Assembly (NCBI GenBank): GCA_037133055.1
Contig: JBAXOY010000008.1
Location: forward strand, 1 to 44,159
From: Chlamydiota bacterium
Lineage (GTDB): Bacteria > Auribacterota > Tritonobacteria > UBA1439
Reading direction: 5' to 3'
Length of the DNA stretch: 44,159 nt
Position 1 is the stretch's first letter, and every line of letters begins with the position of its first letter. A program made the position numbers and the translations under genes. Under the pieces are notes generated by a model. The model had not been told where the DNA came from. It saw only the letters and a list, made by a program, of their open reading frames with translations, and ran no database searches. Shown piece by piece: positions 9,262-18,625 of the stretch.

Positions 9262-11448
9262 TCAGGAGACCCAGTGGAGGACATCCCGGATCACGGACCA
9301 GCGGCGGCGGGCCCGGAGCGGGTTTTTCCCGAGCACCCAGTAGTCGTACTTCTTGTCGAGCGCCCCCTGCGCCCGCTCCATATCCAGCAGGGCGTTCATG
9401 AATCTGAGCAGCGAATCGTCGCTATTTTTTGCTACGGCGTAGGCATTCAGGAATTTAGTCCCTTCGTTCGGGCCTAAGGATGCGACGCAGTACGCGGGGT
9501 AGAGCAGGGTCCATGGCGCTCCCTCCTCCGCGGTCGTGAGAAGGGCGTCTCCCTTGTTCTCCGCGAAAAATTCCTTCTCCGAATCCAGACGGACCGCGCG
9601 CGCGTGCGGAAAAAGCTGCGGCATGATCTCCTCGTAGGCGGTCCCCTTCATCACGGCGATGGAGAGCCCGTCCATCTGCATGATCTTCTCGAGACTCGTA
9701 AACTCGTCCTTCCGGTAATCCGGCACCACGAACGCGAGGTGGGAGGACATGTAGGATGAGGAGAATTTCATCTTCCTGAGCCGCTCCGGCGTGATCACCA
9801 CTCCGGCCATCACGATGTCGCAGCAGCCCTCGTTGAGGGCCGTGTCGAGCGCGTCGTAGGTGACGGGCACAAACTCGACCCGCGGGACGCCGATGAGCGC
9901 GGCGAGCTCCCGCGCCATCTGCACGTCGTACCCGACGAGGGCGCCTTTCGCGTTGAAGAAGGCGAACGGAAGCGCGTCCTCGTTGTACCCGACTCGGATC
10001 GCCCCCCGGCGCATTATCCGGTCGAACACGTCGGGATAGTGGTCGCCGCGGTTGGGATTGGCCGCGAAAAACTCATCGATCGAGCGGTACACCGTGACCG
10101 CCACCCGGTCGCCCCCCCCCGATGCTCGCGGCATCGCGGGCATTTCCATTTCGGCGAGGCGCTCGTCTCCCCGGTAGGAGTCCCTGAGCATCCGCGCAAA
10201 GCCCGCCCTCAAGCCCCCGATGCAGGCGGCCATGACGACCGCGAGCACGGCCGCCCCGAGCATGAACTTCCCCGCGCGTATCCTGAAGCGGCCCGTGAGG
10301 CGGGCGGCGCAGACGGCGGTGAAGGCGAAGAGGAACATGCACGAGAGCCCCGCCCCGAAATAGCTGTTGAACGGCGAGGAGGCCAGGTAGAGCTGAAACG
10401 CGTCCTCGGGCAGGCGCATCAGGGTCAGCAGGAACGGCACGGCCGACTTGCCCGAACCGAAGAAGCTAAAAATACCGGCGGCGGCGCACTGGAACTGCCG
10501 GCCGGGGCCGAGCGGCACTTCGTAGAGCCACCCGGTAAAGAGGATGAACAGGTATGGCGCAAAGTCTCCCCACCGGGGGAAGTTGTACGCGATCGGGAGC
10601 AGGACCTCGACGTAGGTTCCGGCCTTCCCGTCCCCGTCCCCGTTTTTCCCGAACAGGTCGCGCACGCCGCGCTCAATAAGCGGGAGTGAGATAAATACAT
10701 TCTGGGCAGAGAAGGCGAGCACGAGCGCGCCGCTCGATGCGGCGAGGATGTCCCGGTAGCGGAACCCGGTGTGGATGGAAACGAGAAGCGGCAATGCGAC
10801 GAGCGCGAGGATGACGCTCAGGGCGATATACGACTCGCAGAAGAACTGGAGCTTGAAGAGGGTGTCGGGGGACAGGGTGCCCACCGCATAGGCCGAGACG
10901 ATAAAGATGCCGTACGGCACCACCGCCATGACGAATACCATGATGCGGGAGAGGGCGGCCGAGACGATATGGAGGATCTCGATCAGCGGTTTATTGCCGC
11001 GCGCCCCGATGAGAGCCGCGCCGAGGAAGATGGAGAAAAGGACGATTGCCGGAAGCATGCCGTCCGAGAGCGCCTTGAACGGGTTCGAGGGGATGAAGGT
11101 GGCGATCAGGTCGATCTGCTCGGGTTTCGCGACCTCGCTCGCGCTGTAGAAGGAGGCGGTCACCCGCGGGGGGAAGGCGAACTGCATCGAGAAGAAGAGC
11201 ACGATGCCGATGAGCCAGAGGCCCAGCATGAGCAGGCCGCCCTTCCGGGCGACCGTGCGTGCCTCGCCCCTGTCGAGGCCCCCGATGCCGGCGACGACGG
11301 AAACCACCACGTAGGGGATCACCGCCATCTGCATGAGCTTGACGAAGGCGACCCCTGCGGGCTCGAGGACCCTGCACAAATCCCCGAAGAAAAGCCCGCA
11401 GAGGATTCCTGCGCCAAGCCCCGCGAATATCCGGCCCGTCCGCCGCAT
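9262..11448 (-). CDS. Dicarboxylate/amino acid:cation symporter (DAACS/SDF) fused to a C-terminal family 3 solute-binding domain
   Basis: N-terminal TM domain with FVKLMQM..IPY, FIPSNPF and VLLPIAYNFP. C-terminal domain with IRVGY...LPFAFFN..G.LVGYDV and TPER. Confidence 0.85.
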   Translation of the reverse strand: MRRTGRIFAGLGAGILCGLFFGDLCRVLEPAGVAFVKLMQMAVIPYVVVSVVAGIGGLDRGEARTVARKGGLLMLGLWLIGIVLFFSMQFAFPPRVTASFYSASEVAKPEQIDLIATFIPSNPFKALSDGMLPAIVLFSIFLGAALIGARGNKPLIEILHIVSAALSRIMVFVMAVVPYGIFIVSAYAVGTLSPDTLFKLQFFCESYIALSVILALVALPLLVSIHTGFRYRDILAASSGALVLAFSAQNVFISLPLIERGVRDLFGKNGDGDGKAGTYVEVLLPIAYNFPRWGDFAPYLFILFTGWLYEVPLGPGRQFQCAAAGIFSFFGSGKSAVPFLLTLMRLPEDAFQLYLASSPFNSYFGAGLSCMFLFAFTAVCAARLTGRFRIRAGKFMLGAAVLAVVMAACIGGLRAGFARMLRDSYRGDERLAEMEMPAMPRASGGGDRVAVTVYRSIDEFFAANPNRGDHYPDVFDRIMRRGAIRVGYNEDALPFAFFNAKGALVGYDVQMARELAALIGVPRVEFVPVTYDALDTALNEGCCDIVMAGVVITPERLRKMKFSSSYMSSHLAFVVPDYRKDEFTSLEKIMQMDGLSIAVMKGTAYEEIMPQLFPHARAVRLDSEKEFFAENKGDALLTTAEEGAPWTLLYPAYCVASLGPNEGTKFLNAYAVAKNSDDSLLRFMNALLDMERAQGALDKKYDYWVLGKNPLRARRRWSVIRDVLHWVS

Positions 11449-11458
11449 CGGTGTCCCT

Positions 11459-11653
11459 TCAGCGCGGGATGAAGCTGCGCACGTAGCCGTTGAACCTGCT
11501 CCAGTCCAACCGGTATTCCACGGAACCCCTATCCGGGACGCCCGGCACGTCCGAGGGGATCACCGTATCTTTGCGCTGGAGCGTCCCGCTCCGGTAGAAC
11601 ACCCAGAGAAACAGGATGAACAGGATGAGAAGAATCTTCGTGCGAAGGTGCAT
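11459..11653 (-). CDS. Small single-TM hypothetical protein
   Basis: 64 aa with a hydrophobic N-terminus. GGGAGG lies upstream, a TATAAT-like element is at ~11700, and the stop is 10 bp before the transporter start. Confidence 0.6.
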   Translation of the reverse strand: MHLRTKILLILFILFLWVFYRSGTLQRKDTVIPSDVPGVPDRGSVEYRLDWSRFNGYVRSFIPR

Positions 11654-11897
11654 TGCAGCCCTCCCGTATGATTTCGACTTCGCCGTATTTTATTATTATA
11701 CAGAACCCCTCGCCCGCCGCCCACAATTCTCTTGCCCCGTGGCACGGGAGGGACTAACATACTCCCGAGCTTGGACAAGGCAGCCCGATTCGCTTCTTCC
11801 ATCACAGGGGACTCCCGGAGGCATCGGGTGTCCTTTTTTTCTCTCCGGGGAGAATTGTATGCCATCCGGCGGTCGCACACATCCAGGGGGTGCACGC

Positions 11898-12320
11898 ATG
11901 TCAACGGACGAGGCGAGGGAGATCATCAGGGGGGCGGGCTACGGGATGCTGGCGACCGACGTCGACGGACAACCGCGGGTGCGCCCGATGGCGTTCGCGG
12001 TGACAGACGACTTAAGGCTGCTGAGCTCGACCTTCCGGCGGAGCGGAAAGGCGAAGGAACTGGCGGACAACGGGCGCGTCGAGGTCTGCTTCCTGGACGG
12101 GCGGAAATATCAACTGCGCGTCGAGGGTCTCGCGGATGTCTCCGGGGGGCCCGAGAAGAAGCGCGAACTCCTCGCCCTCAACCCGGGCGTGCGGAAGCAC
12201 TTCAAGGACGAGTTCGACCCCGAGTTCGTGCTCATCGAGATCGTCCCGACGCGCGCGCGCTGGATGCCGCCCGGGTTCGGGGAGTACCGCGAAGTCATCG
12301 CTCAGGGACACTCTCTATAG
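11898..12320 (+). CDS. Pyridoxamine 5'-phosphate oxidase family (FMN-binding split barrel) protein
   Basis: MLAT.VDGQPRVRPM, K...L..N.RVEVCF and QLRVEG motifs. Confidence 0.85.
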   Translation: MSTDEAREIIRGAGYGMLATDVDGQPRVRPMAFAVTDDLRLLSSTFRRSGKAKELADNGRVEVCFLDGRKYQLRVEGLADVSGGPEKKRELLALNPGVRKHFKDEFDPEFVLIEIVPTRARWMPPGFGEYREVIAQGHSL

Positions 12321-13241
12321 TGTCCCCGGAAGCTTCCGCATCCACGCGGCGACGCCATCCAGCGAGTTGAACTCCTCGATCGCGTGGGCCGTGCAGCCCG
12401 GCAGGAGCCGCTGCGCGATCTTCACCAGCGAGTTCCCGGACCCGATCTCGAGGAACGCCGCAGGCCCCATCTCCGCCATGGTCTGCATGCAGCCCGCCCA
12501 TTGCAGGGGACGGCTGAGGTGGAGCGCGAGCGTCCTCACCATCTCCTCTCTCCGGTAGATCACACGGTTCTCCACGCTCGAAACGACCGGCAGACCGGGA
12601 GCCCGAAGGCCGCTCCCGGCGAGCACCTTTTCGAACTCCGCGCTCGCGGCGGCCATGAGCGGCGTGTGGGACGGGATCCCCACGGGGAGCACGTGCACCC
12701 TGACACCTTCCTGCGCTCCCGCCCGGGCCACGAGCGTGTCCAGCGCATGGTGCTCCCCTCCGAGCACGAGGTGGTCGTCGCCGTTCACGATCGCGATGAA
12801 GGCCCCGGTCTCGGCGGCGATCCTTTTCATCTTCCTGAGCGGGATACCGGAAACCGCCACCATCCCGCAGTGGACGGTGACGGCCGCGTCCATCACCCGG
12901 GCGCGCGCGGCCGAGAGGGCGAGCAGCGTGTCGAAATCGCACGCCCCCGCGCACGCATAGGCGATTAACTCGCCCAGACTGTAACCGGCGAAGACGACGG
13001 GGGCGGGGGCGCGCGGGCGGAGCGATGCCCACACGGCGTAGCCGAGCGCGGCGAAGAGCGGCTGGGCGTTGCGGGGCGACAGCATCTCGCGGCCGATGAG
13101 CTCTCTGAGCTGATCGAGGCTGACGCCGAGGAATGAGCAGGCGCGCTCCACGTAGGGCGCAGCCGCGGCGTCCCGCAGGGCGAGATCGAACATGCCCGCG
13201 TGGTGCGTCCCCTGCCCCGGGAAGATCACCGCGATGCCCAT
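12315..13241 (-). CDS. mdcH: Malonate decarboxylase epsilon subunit, malonyl-CoA:ACP transacylase
   Basis: IFPGQG, GYSLGE (GxSxG), SHTPLM and FLEIG motifs. Last gene of the mdc cluster. Confidence 0.9.
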   Translation of the reverse strand: MGIAVIFPGQGTHHAGMFDLALRDAAAAPYVERACSFLGVSLDQLRELIGREMLSPRNAQPLFAALGYAVWASLRPRAPAPVVFAGYSLGELIAYACAGACDFDTLLALSAARARVMDAAVTVHCGMVAVSGIPLRKMKRIAAETGAFIAIVNGDDHLVLGGEHHALDTLVARAGAQEGVRVHVLPVGIPSHTPLMAAASAEFEKVLAGSGLRAPGLPVVSSVENRVIYRREEMVRTLALHLSRPLQWAGCMQTMAEMGPAAFLEIGSGNSLVKIAQRLLPGCTAHAIEEFNSLDGVAAWMRKLPGTL

Positions 13242-14104
13242 GCCGTCCTCCCCGCGATGAAATGTACGAATGCCGCGCACGCGAGCATGTCCCCCGCGCC
13301 CCCGGGGTTCAGGCCTCTTCCCACGAAGCGCGCGTGGATATCGGCGGCGCGGACCCGCCAGACCGGGGCGAATACCCCGCCCGCGGAGAGGAACCGGCGC
13401 GCGCATTCCCGCGCGAAGATGAGCCCCTCCCGCCCGCCGCGGTGGAGGAGATTGGTGTCGTCGAGGGCCGCGAGGACGGCGAAAAACGCCTGTGTCATGG
13501 CGCGGGTGAAATCGCAGCCCCGGCCGAGCGCATCCTCCAGCGCGGGCACCCCGGCGCGAAAAAGCGACGGAAACCCTCGGGCGGCCTCGCCGCACGCCCC
13601 GGTCGCCCCGAAGCGCGCCCGGGCCCGCGTCCCGTGGCTCCCGCACGGCGGCGTGTGCGCGGCGATCCCGTCCCCCCACGTCTCCAGGATGACATCCGGG
13701 AGCATGGGGGCGGTGATCCTCCTGCCGGTCGAGCCGATTCTCCCGGCCCCCGCCGCGAGCAGCCCGAGGCTGAAGATGGCCCCGCGGTGCGTGTTGACGC
13801 CGCCCGTCGCCCGGAGCATCGCCTCCTCGGCGTCGACGCCGATCCGCTGAAGGACTTCGAACGGCTCCCCGAGGTATCCGGCGCGGGCGAGCGAGGCGAA
13901 GTACGGTCTCAGCGCGAGGATGCTCCGGAGAAACAGGGCCGCGTCCATGTCCCGGTTGCTCCCGCGGTCGCGGAAGCTCACGAGCCCGGGCTTCGGGAAG
14001 CACGCGAGCTCGGCGAAGAGCGCGCGCGCCGCGAGGAGGCCGACGGTCTCCCCGGCGCAGGCGGCATCCGCGGGCGACGCCGCCCGGTCAGCGAGGCACT
14101 GCAT
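13226..14104 (-). CDS. mdcB: Triphosphoribosyl-dephospho-CoA synthase (CitG family)
   Basis: PKPGLV, TGGVNTHRGAIFSLG, DDTNLLHRGG and NPGGAGDMLA motifs. Confidence 0.93.
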   Translation of the reverse strand: MQCLADRAASPADAACAGETVGLLAARALFAELACFPKPGLVSFRDRGSNRDMDAALFLRSILALRPYFASLARAGYLGEPFEVLQRIGVDAEEAMLRATGGVNTHRGAIFSLGLLAAGAGRIGSTGRRITAPMLPDVILETWGDGIAAHTPPCGSHGTRARARFGATGACGEAARGFPSLFRAGVPALEDALGRGCDFTRAMTQAFFAVLAALDDTNLLHRGGREGLIFARECARRFLSAGGVFAPVWRVRAADIHARFVGRGLNPGGAGDMLACAAFVHFIAGRTAWASR

Positions 14105-14741
14105 CCGTGAGCTCCTCCCTCGACGCCATCCCGACCGAGCGTATCCCCTTCACGAGCACCTCCCGCCCCGACCCCGCATGGTACTCCCTCCAGGAAACCG
14201 CGGCGCCCCCCGAAAAAATGAACTCGCCATCGGCCCTGAGCCCGGTCCTGCGCTCCCACGCGAGGAGCGCCTTCCCGATCGCCCCGGTCGCGCATCGGCC
14301 GCGCGCGGGGATGCACAGGTCGATATCCGAATCGTCCCGCACGTACCGGCGCCGCGTGACGGTCTGCCACATGTGCGACCCGTAGACCCCGAAATCTTCG
14401 CTCCCCTCCACCATGCGGATGAGGTCCCCGAGCCCCCGCCTCCATATCCCGGACGCCCGCGACGCGACCTCCGCGAGCCCGGGCGGGGGTTCGATTCGCC
14501 GCACATCGCGGACTGCGACCCGGCATGCGACCGGACGCCCGCGCCCGCTCTCCCCGGAGGGGAGCAGCACCCCGAGGGCGAGTTCCCCCGGGGGCGCGCG
14601 CCCGTCGGAGCGGCAGACCACCGCGGGAAGCCCCGCGTCGAACCAGGCGGTGAGCGCCTCCGCGTCGCCGGGCTCCCCGCGGGGAAACGCGAGCCGCGCG
14701 CCCGGGCGGACCCACGCGCGGCAGTGTCGATCAGGCATCAT
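14088..14741 (-). CDS. mdcG: Malonate decarboxylase holo-ACP synthase (phosphoribosyl-dephospho-CoA transferase)
   Basis: GVYGS..WQ..T...Y....SDIDL, R.DGE, VSWRE and VLVK motifs plus operon position. Start is 14741 or 14738 (GTG 14756 possible). Confidence 0.88.
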   Translation of the reverse strand: MMPDRHCRAWVRPGARLAFPRGEPGDAEALTAWFDAGLPAVVCRSDGRAPPGELALGVLLPSGESGRGRPVACRVAVRDVRRIEPPPGLAEVASRASGIWRRGLGDLIRMVEGSEDFGVYGSHMWQTVTRRRYVRDDSDIDLCIPARGRCATGAIGKALLAWERRTGLRADGEFIFSGGAAVSWREYHAGSGREVLVKGIRSVGMASREELTDAVPR

Positions 14742-14752
14742 TGGTCCTCGCC

Positions 14753-15490
14753 TCACGTGGGATGGGCGGAGGGGATATGCCTCGTGGGGGTGTCGAGCCG
14801 GACCATGTCCGCCACGGAACGCGCGAGCGCCCGCCCCCCGCGCGCCTCGCCGAGCTCCCTCCGCCGATCCGTACGGTCCGCGACCGCGAGGGCCCGGACG
14901 AGCCTCTCCGCGAGCTCGTCCTCAGGCCACAGCTCGTCGATCCCGCCGAGCCGCTGAAAATTCTCGATGCCGGGCGCGAAGACCGGCGCGCTCCGGCTCA
15001 GCCGCTCGAGCCTCTCCTCGGGTATCTTCGTGATGACCGCCATCGCCGAGAGCTTCATCACGCGCACCTCCGCCGAAGAGAGCCCGTAGATCTGGTCGCC
15101 CATGAGGCCGAACGAGAGGAAGGCCCCGCTGATCGCCTCTCCGTACACGACGCTCACGAGGTGGTGCCCCCGCTGCCGCGCGAGGTGCAGGCACTCCAGC
15201 AGGTGGGCGAAATAGCCGTTGATCCCGAGCATCTCCGCCTCCCTGCTCAGGACCTGCCCCGCGCAGTCGACGAGCATCACGAGCGGCATGCCGGGCCGCG
15301 TGTCGATCGTGTCGAGGACGTGCGCGGAGAGGCGGAGCGACATCGGGATGTCGACCGCGGCGTGATCGGCGGTGCCGATCACGGACACGCCCGCGCCCCC
15401 GGCGGCCGCGCAGCCGGTGATGACGCCCCCCCCGACCGCGCAGCGATGCCCGCCCGGGAAGAGGCACGCCAGTGTCTCGTGTGCGTCCAT
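14753..15490 (-). CDS. mdcE: Biotin-independent malonate decarboxylase gamma subunit
   Basis: LVDCAGQ.LSR.AE.LGINGYFAHL, G.AISGAFLSFGL and PVFAPGIENF..LGG motifs. Confidence 0.9.
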   Translation of the reverse strand: MDAHETLACLFPGGHRCAVGGGVITGCAAAGGAGVSVIGTADHAAVDIPMSLRLSAHVLDTIDTRPGMPLVMLVDCAGQVLSREAEMLGINGYFAHLLECLHLARQRGHHLVSVVYGEAISGAFLSFGLMGDQIYGLSSAEVRVMKLSAMAVITKIPEERLERLSRSAPVFAPGIENFQRLGGIDELWPEDELAERLVRALAVADRTDRRRELGEARGGRALARSVADMVRLDTPTRHIPSAHPT

Positions 15491-15510
15491 CTCGTGCTCC
15501 GTTGTCCGTC

Positions 15511-16398
15511 TCACGCGCGCGGGAGGCGGAGGAACTCCTCCGTCTCCATCCCCTGGACCTCTTCCGGGCGCCCGATGCCCAGCGCGCGCCATATCTCCAC
15601 CGAGTCGCGGCACGCCCCGAAACGCCCGTGCCTCGCGGCAAGGGCGCGGTGTTCGCCCCGGAGCGATTCGAGCGTGAGCGGGCGGGGCTCGTTCATGAGC
15701 GACAGCGCCGCGCGCCGGAACCCGGCGATCGAGTCCTCGACGAACCGGTCGGCCTCGCCAATGAGATACCGGTGCTTGCCGCCGTAGGTCCGCCAGATCA
15801 TCGCCCGGTCGCTCGCGTCGAATTCCTCGACGCCCATCACGTTCTGGATCACCTTCGGCCCCGACATCCCCATCCGCCCGTGCTCGTTCATGATCACGTG
15901 GTCGCAGCAGCGGGCGAGGACGCCCATGCCGCCGAACGCCCCCTCCTTCCCCCCGACGAGGGCAAGGCAGGCGATCCCCGCCGCCCGCAGATCGAGGAGC
16001 GCGCGGATCATCTCCGAGATCGCGATCAGGCCCGCGTTCGCCTCGTGGAGCCGGACCCCGCCGCTGTCGATGAGGAGGAGCACCGCGGCCGGCTTCTTCT
16101 CCCGCGCCCGCTCCAGGAGGCCGGTGACCTTCGCCCCGTGGACTTCGCCCACCGCCCCGCCGATGAACCCGCCCTGCTGGGCTGCGCAGTAAACGCCCTT
16201 CCCGCCGAGCGCCCCCTCACCCACAACGACCCCGTCGTCGAACTCGACCGGGACGTCCAGCGCGACCAGGTTCGGGTTGATGATCCCCCGCCTCGGGTCG
16301 AGGAACTCCGTGAACGAGTCCCTGTCGAGGAGATGCCGCAGGAGCTTCCGCGCGTCGGACTGCGGGTAGAGCGGCGGCCTCATCCACTTATTCCTCAT
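15511..16398 (-). CDS. mdcD: Biotin-independent malonate decarboxylase beta subunit
   Basis: FDDGVVVG, GGAVGEVHGAK, DSGGVRLHEANAGL, GAFGGMG, SGPKVI and GGKHRYL motifs. Confidence 0.93.
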   Translation of the reverse strand: MRNKWMRPPLYPQSDARKLLRHLLDRDSFTEFLDPRRGIINPNLVALDVPVEFDDGVVVGEGALGGKGVYCAAQQGGFIGGAVGEVHGAKVTGLLERAREKKPAAVLLLIDSGGVRLHEANAGLIAISEMIRALLDLRAAGIACLALVGGKEGAFGGMGVLARCCDHVIMNEHGRMGMSGPKVIQNVMGVEEFDASDRAMIWRTYGGKHRYLIGEADRFVEDSIAGFRRAALSLMNEPRPLTLESLRGEHRALAARHGRFGACRDSVEIWRALGIGRPEEVQGMETEEFLRLPRA

Positions 16399-16714
16399 CG
16401 GGTTCCTCCGCGAGCTCCTCGACCGCCTGGTGCAGGCGCAGGGTCACGACCGCCGGCACCGCTCCGGCGTCGTGTATCGAGATCCTGAAGCCGGAGAGAT
16501 CGTACTCCTCCGCGAAGCGGGCGAGCGCGGCCTTCCAGGTCTCGGCGAAGCCGGGGCGGTTGGTGTCGACCTCCACCGCGCACCCCGCGCCTCCCTCGCC
16601 GCGCTCGATGAGCACCTCGAGGTTCCCCGAGGCGACCACGCCGACGAGGGCGTAGGGGGCGGAGCCGCGCACGAGGCGTCCATCGGATTCGAAGGTGAAA
16701 CTCAGATGTTCCAT
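16388..16714 (-). CDS. mdcC: Malonate decarboxylase acyl carrier protein (delta subunit)
   Basis: GVVASGNLEVL (prosthetic-group Ser) and I.IHDAGAVPAVVTLRL.QA motifs. Confidence 0.93.
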   Translation of the reverse strand: MEHLSFTFESDGRLVRGSAPYALVGVVASGNLEVLIERGEGGAGCAVEVDTNRPGFAETWKAALARFAEEYDLSGFRISIHDAGAVPAVVTLRLHQAVEELAEEPDEE

Positions 16715-16744
16715 CTCTCTCCTACCGTCGCGCAACCCGCGCGC

Positions 16745-16834
16745 CTCTTCCCGCCCTTCCCACCCTTCACACCTTTCACACCCTTCACACCCTTCTCACC
16801 CTTCACACCCTTCAAACCCTTCACACCTTTTCCT
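16745..16834. repeat. 9-bp tandem repeat (consensus CCCTTCACA, TGTGAAGGG on the coding strand), about 10 imperfect copies
   Basis: Units ctcttcccg cccttccca cccttcaca cctttcaca cccttcaca cccttctca cccttcaca cccttcaaa cccttcaca ccttttcct fill the mdcA-mdcC intergenic space. Confidence 0.95.
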
Positions 16835-16836
16835 TA

Positions 16837-18483
16837 CTACCACCGCACGAACTGCGCGGGCGGCTTGTACAAGCCCTTTGACCATTCGACGATCTCCTTG
16901 ATCGACCGGGCGGCGAGGAGATCGGTGCTCGCGTCGCGCCAGCGTATCCCGAGGTCGTCGGGGCGTTTGACGACGCCGCGGTCCCGCAGGTTGTCCACCG
17001 CGGCGGGGGAGCGCCGCATCCCGACCGGCGTGAACCCCGCCACCCCGCGTATCGCCTCGCGCCGTTCCTTGGCGTCCCTGCAGAGCAGCAGGTTGGCGAT
17101 CCCCTCCTCGGTGACGATGTGCGTCACGTCGTCCCCGTAGACCATGATCGGCGGGATCTCCTGCCCCATGTCCCGCTGGAGCCGCACCGCGTCGAGCTCC
17201 TCGACGAAGGTGGGCTTCCCACCCTCCTGGAACGTCTCCACCAGCTGGACGACAAGCTTTCTCCCGCGCGCGGCGCGGCGGCCCCGGGCGGGGGCTCCGT
17301 CCCGCCCGGCCCTGATCCATGCGGGGCTCGCGTGCCGCCTGCCGCGGGCATCGCAGCCGAGGTTCGGCGCGCCGCCGAACCCGGCGATGCGGCCGATGGT
17401 GGCGGTCGAGCTGTCCCCCCTGAGGTCGATCTGGAGCGTCGCCCCGATGAACATGTCGAGGCCGTAGTGCCCGGCGAGGTGCGCCAGGCAGCGGTTCGAG
17501 CGCATCGCCCCGTCGTGCCCGGTGAAAAAGACATCCGGCCGCGCCCGGATGTACTCCTCCATCCCGATCTCCGAGCCCGGGCAGTAGACGGACTTCACGA
17601 AACCGCTTTCGATCGCCGGGATGAGGGTCGGGTGGGGGTTGAGCATCCAGTGCCCGCAGATCCTCCCTTTCAGGCCGAGCGCCTCGGCGTACGTCGGGAG
17701 CAGGAGCTCGATCGCGGCGGTGTTGTACCCGATCCCGTGGTTCAGGTACTGCACGCCGTACTCCGCGTAGATCCCCTTGATGACCATCATCCCCATCAGG
17801 ACCTTCACCTCGTTCAGATCGGCCGGGTCACGCGTGAAGAGCGGCGTGATGGAGTACGGCTTGGGGCTCCGGACGACGAAGTCGACCCAGTCGCCCGGGA
17901 TGTCGACGCGGGGAAGCCGCTCGACGATCTCGTTCACCTGCGCGATCAAAAGTCCGTTCCGGAACGCCGTCGCCTCCGCGATGACCGCCGTGTCCTCGGT
18001 GTTGAAGCCGGTGAAGAGGTTCCCCTCGGCGTCCGCGGCGTCGGCGCAGATGAGGCTCACGTGGGGAGTCAGGTCGGTGAAGTAGCGGGCGTAAAGCTCG
18101 GGATAGGTGTGGATCGCGCCGATCGCGATCTTCCTGTTGGCGACAAGGCTCGCGAGGCGCGCCGCCACCCGGGCCGAGTAGCAGAAGTCGAGACGCTCGG
18201 CGATCCCCTTCTCGAAGAGGGAGATGTGCTCGGGAAGAGAAACTGATGACATGACCATGTGAAGGCCGGAGACCCGGCCCGGGTCGCAGCCGGCGAGCGC
18301 CGCGGCGAGGAAGTCGGCCTGCTTCTGGTTGTTCCCCTCGATGCAGACCCGGTCGCCCTTCTCGATGACCGCCTCGAGCATCTCGACCGCACGGGCAGGG
18401 TCGAAGGCCTTGGAGGCCGTGACGCGCCCGGCGCGTTCGAGGCGGCGCCGTTTTCTCTCTTTAAGGGTATCCCACTGGGGCAT
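16837..18483 (-). CDS. mdcA: Malonate decarboxylase alpha subunit (acetyl-S-ACP:malonate ACP transferase)
   Basis: GDRVCIEGNNQKQADFL, AIHTY.ELY.RYF.DL.P, LNHGIGYNTAAIELLLPTY, LNPHPTLIPAIESG, GFGGAPN, MVYGDDVTHIVTEEGIA and WS.GLY.PPA.F motifs. Confidence 0.97.
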   Translation of the reverse strand: MPQWDTLKERKRRRLERAGRVTASKAFDPARAVEMLEAVIEKGDRVCIEGNNQKQADFLAAALAGCDPGRVSGLHMVMSSVSLPEHISLFEKGIAERLDFCYSARVAARLASLVANRKIAIGAIHTYPELYARYFTDLTPHVSLICADAADAEGNLFTGFNTEDTAVIAEATAFRNGLLIAQVNEIVERLPRVDIPGDWVDFVVRSPKPYSITPLFTRDPADLNEVKVLMGMMVIKGIYAEYGVQYLNHGIGYNTAAIELLLPTYAEALGLKGRICGHWMLNPHPTLIPAIESGFVKSVYCPGSEIGMEEYIRARPDVFFTGHDGAMRSNRCLAHLAGHYGLDMFIGATLQIDLRGDSSTATIGRIAGFGGAPNLGCDARGRRHASPAWIRAGRDGAPARGRRAARGRKLVVQLVETFQEGGKPTFVEELDAVRLQRDMGQEIPPIMVYGDDVTHIVTEEGIANLLLCRDAKERREAIRGVAGFTPVGMRRSPAAVDNLRDRGVVKRPDDLGIRWRDASTDLLAARSIKEIVEWSKGLYKPPAQFVRW

Positions 18484-18625
18484 GGGGGTTTTCTCCGAAG
18501 GCACTATTCTAACACGGGGAGCCCGGCGGTTGAAAGGAACTCGGACTTTGGAACGGGGCATTTCGCGCGCTTGCCTCGCGTCCGCCGAAGTGCTAGCCTA
18601 TCGGCATGCGGGGGGATGTAGGACG

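Noticed and set aside
16745..16834. 9-bp array as a CRISPR array or coding repeat
   Set aside because: There are no spacers and no cas genes, and the units are too short. The PFT-repeat ORFs crossing it are antisense to mdc genes.
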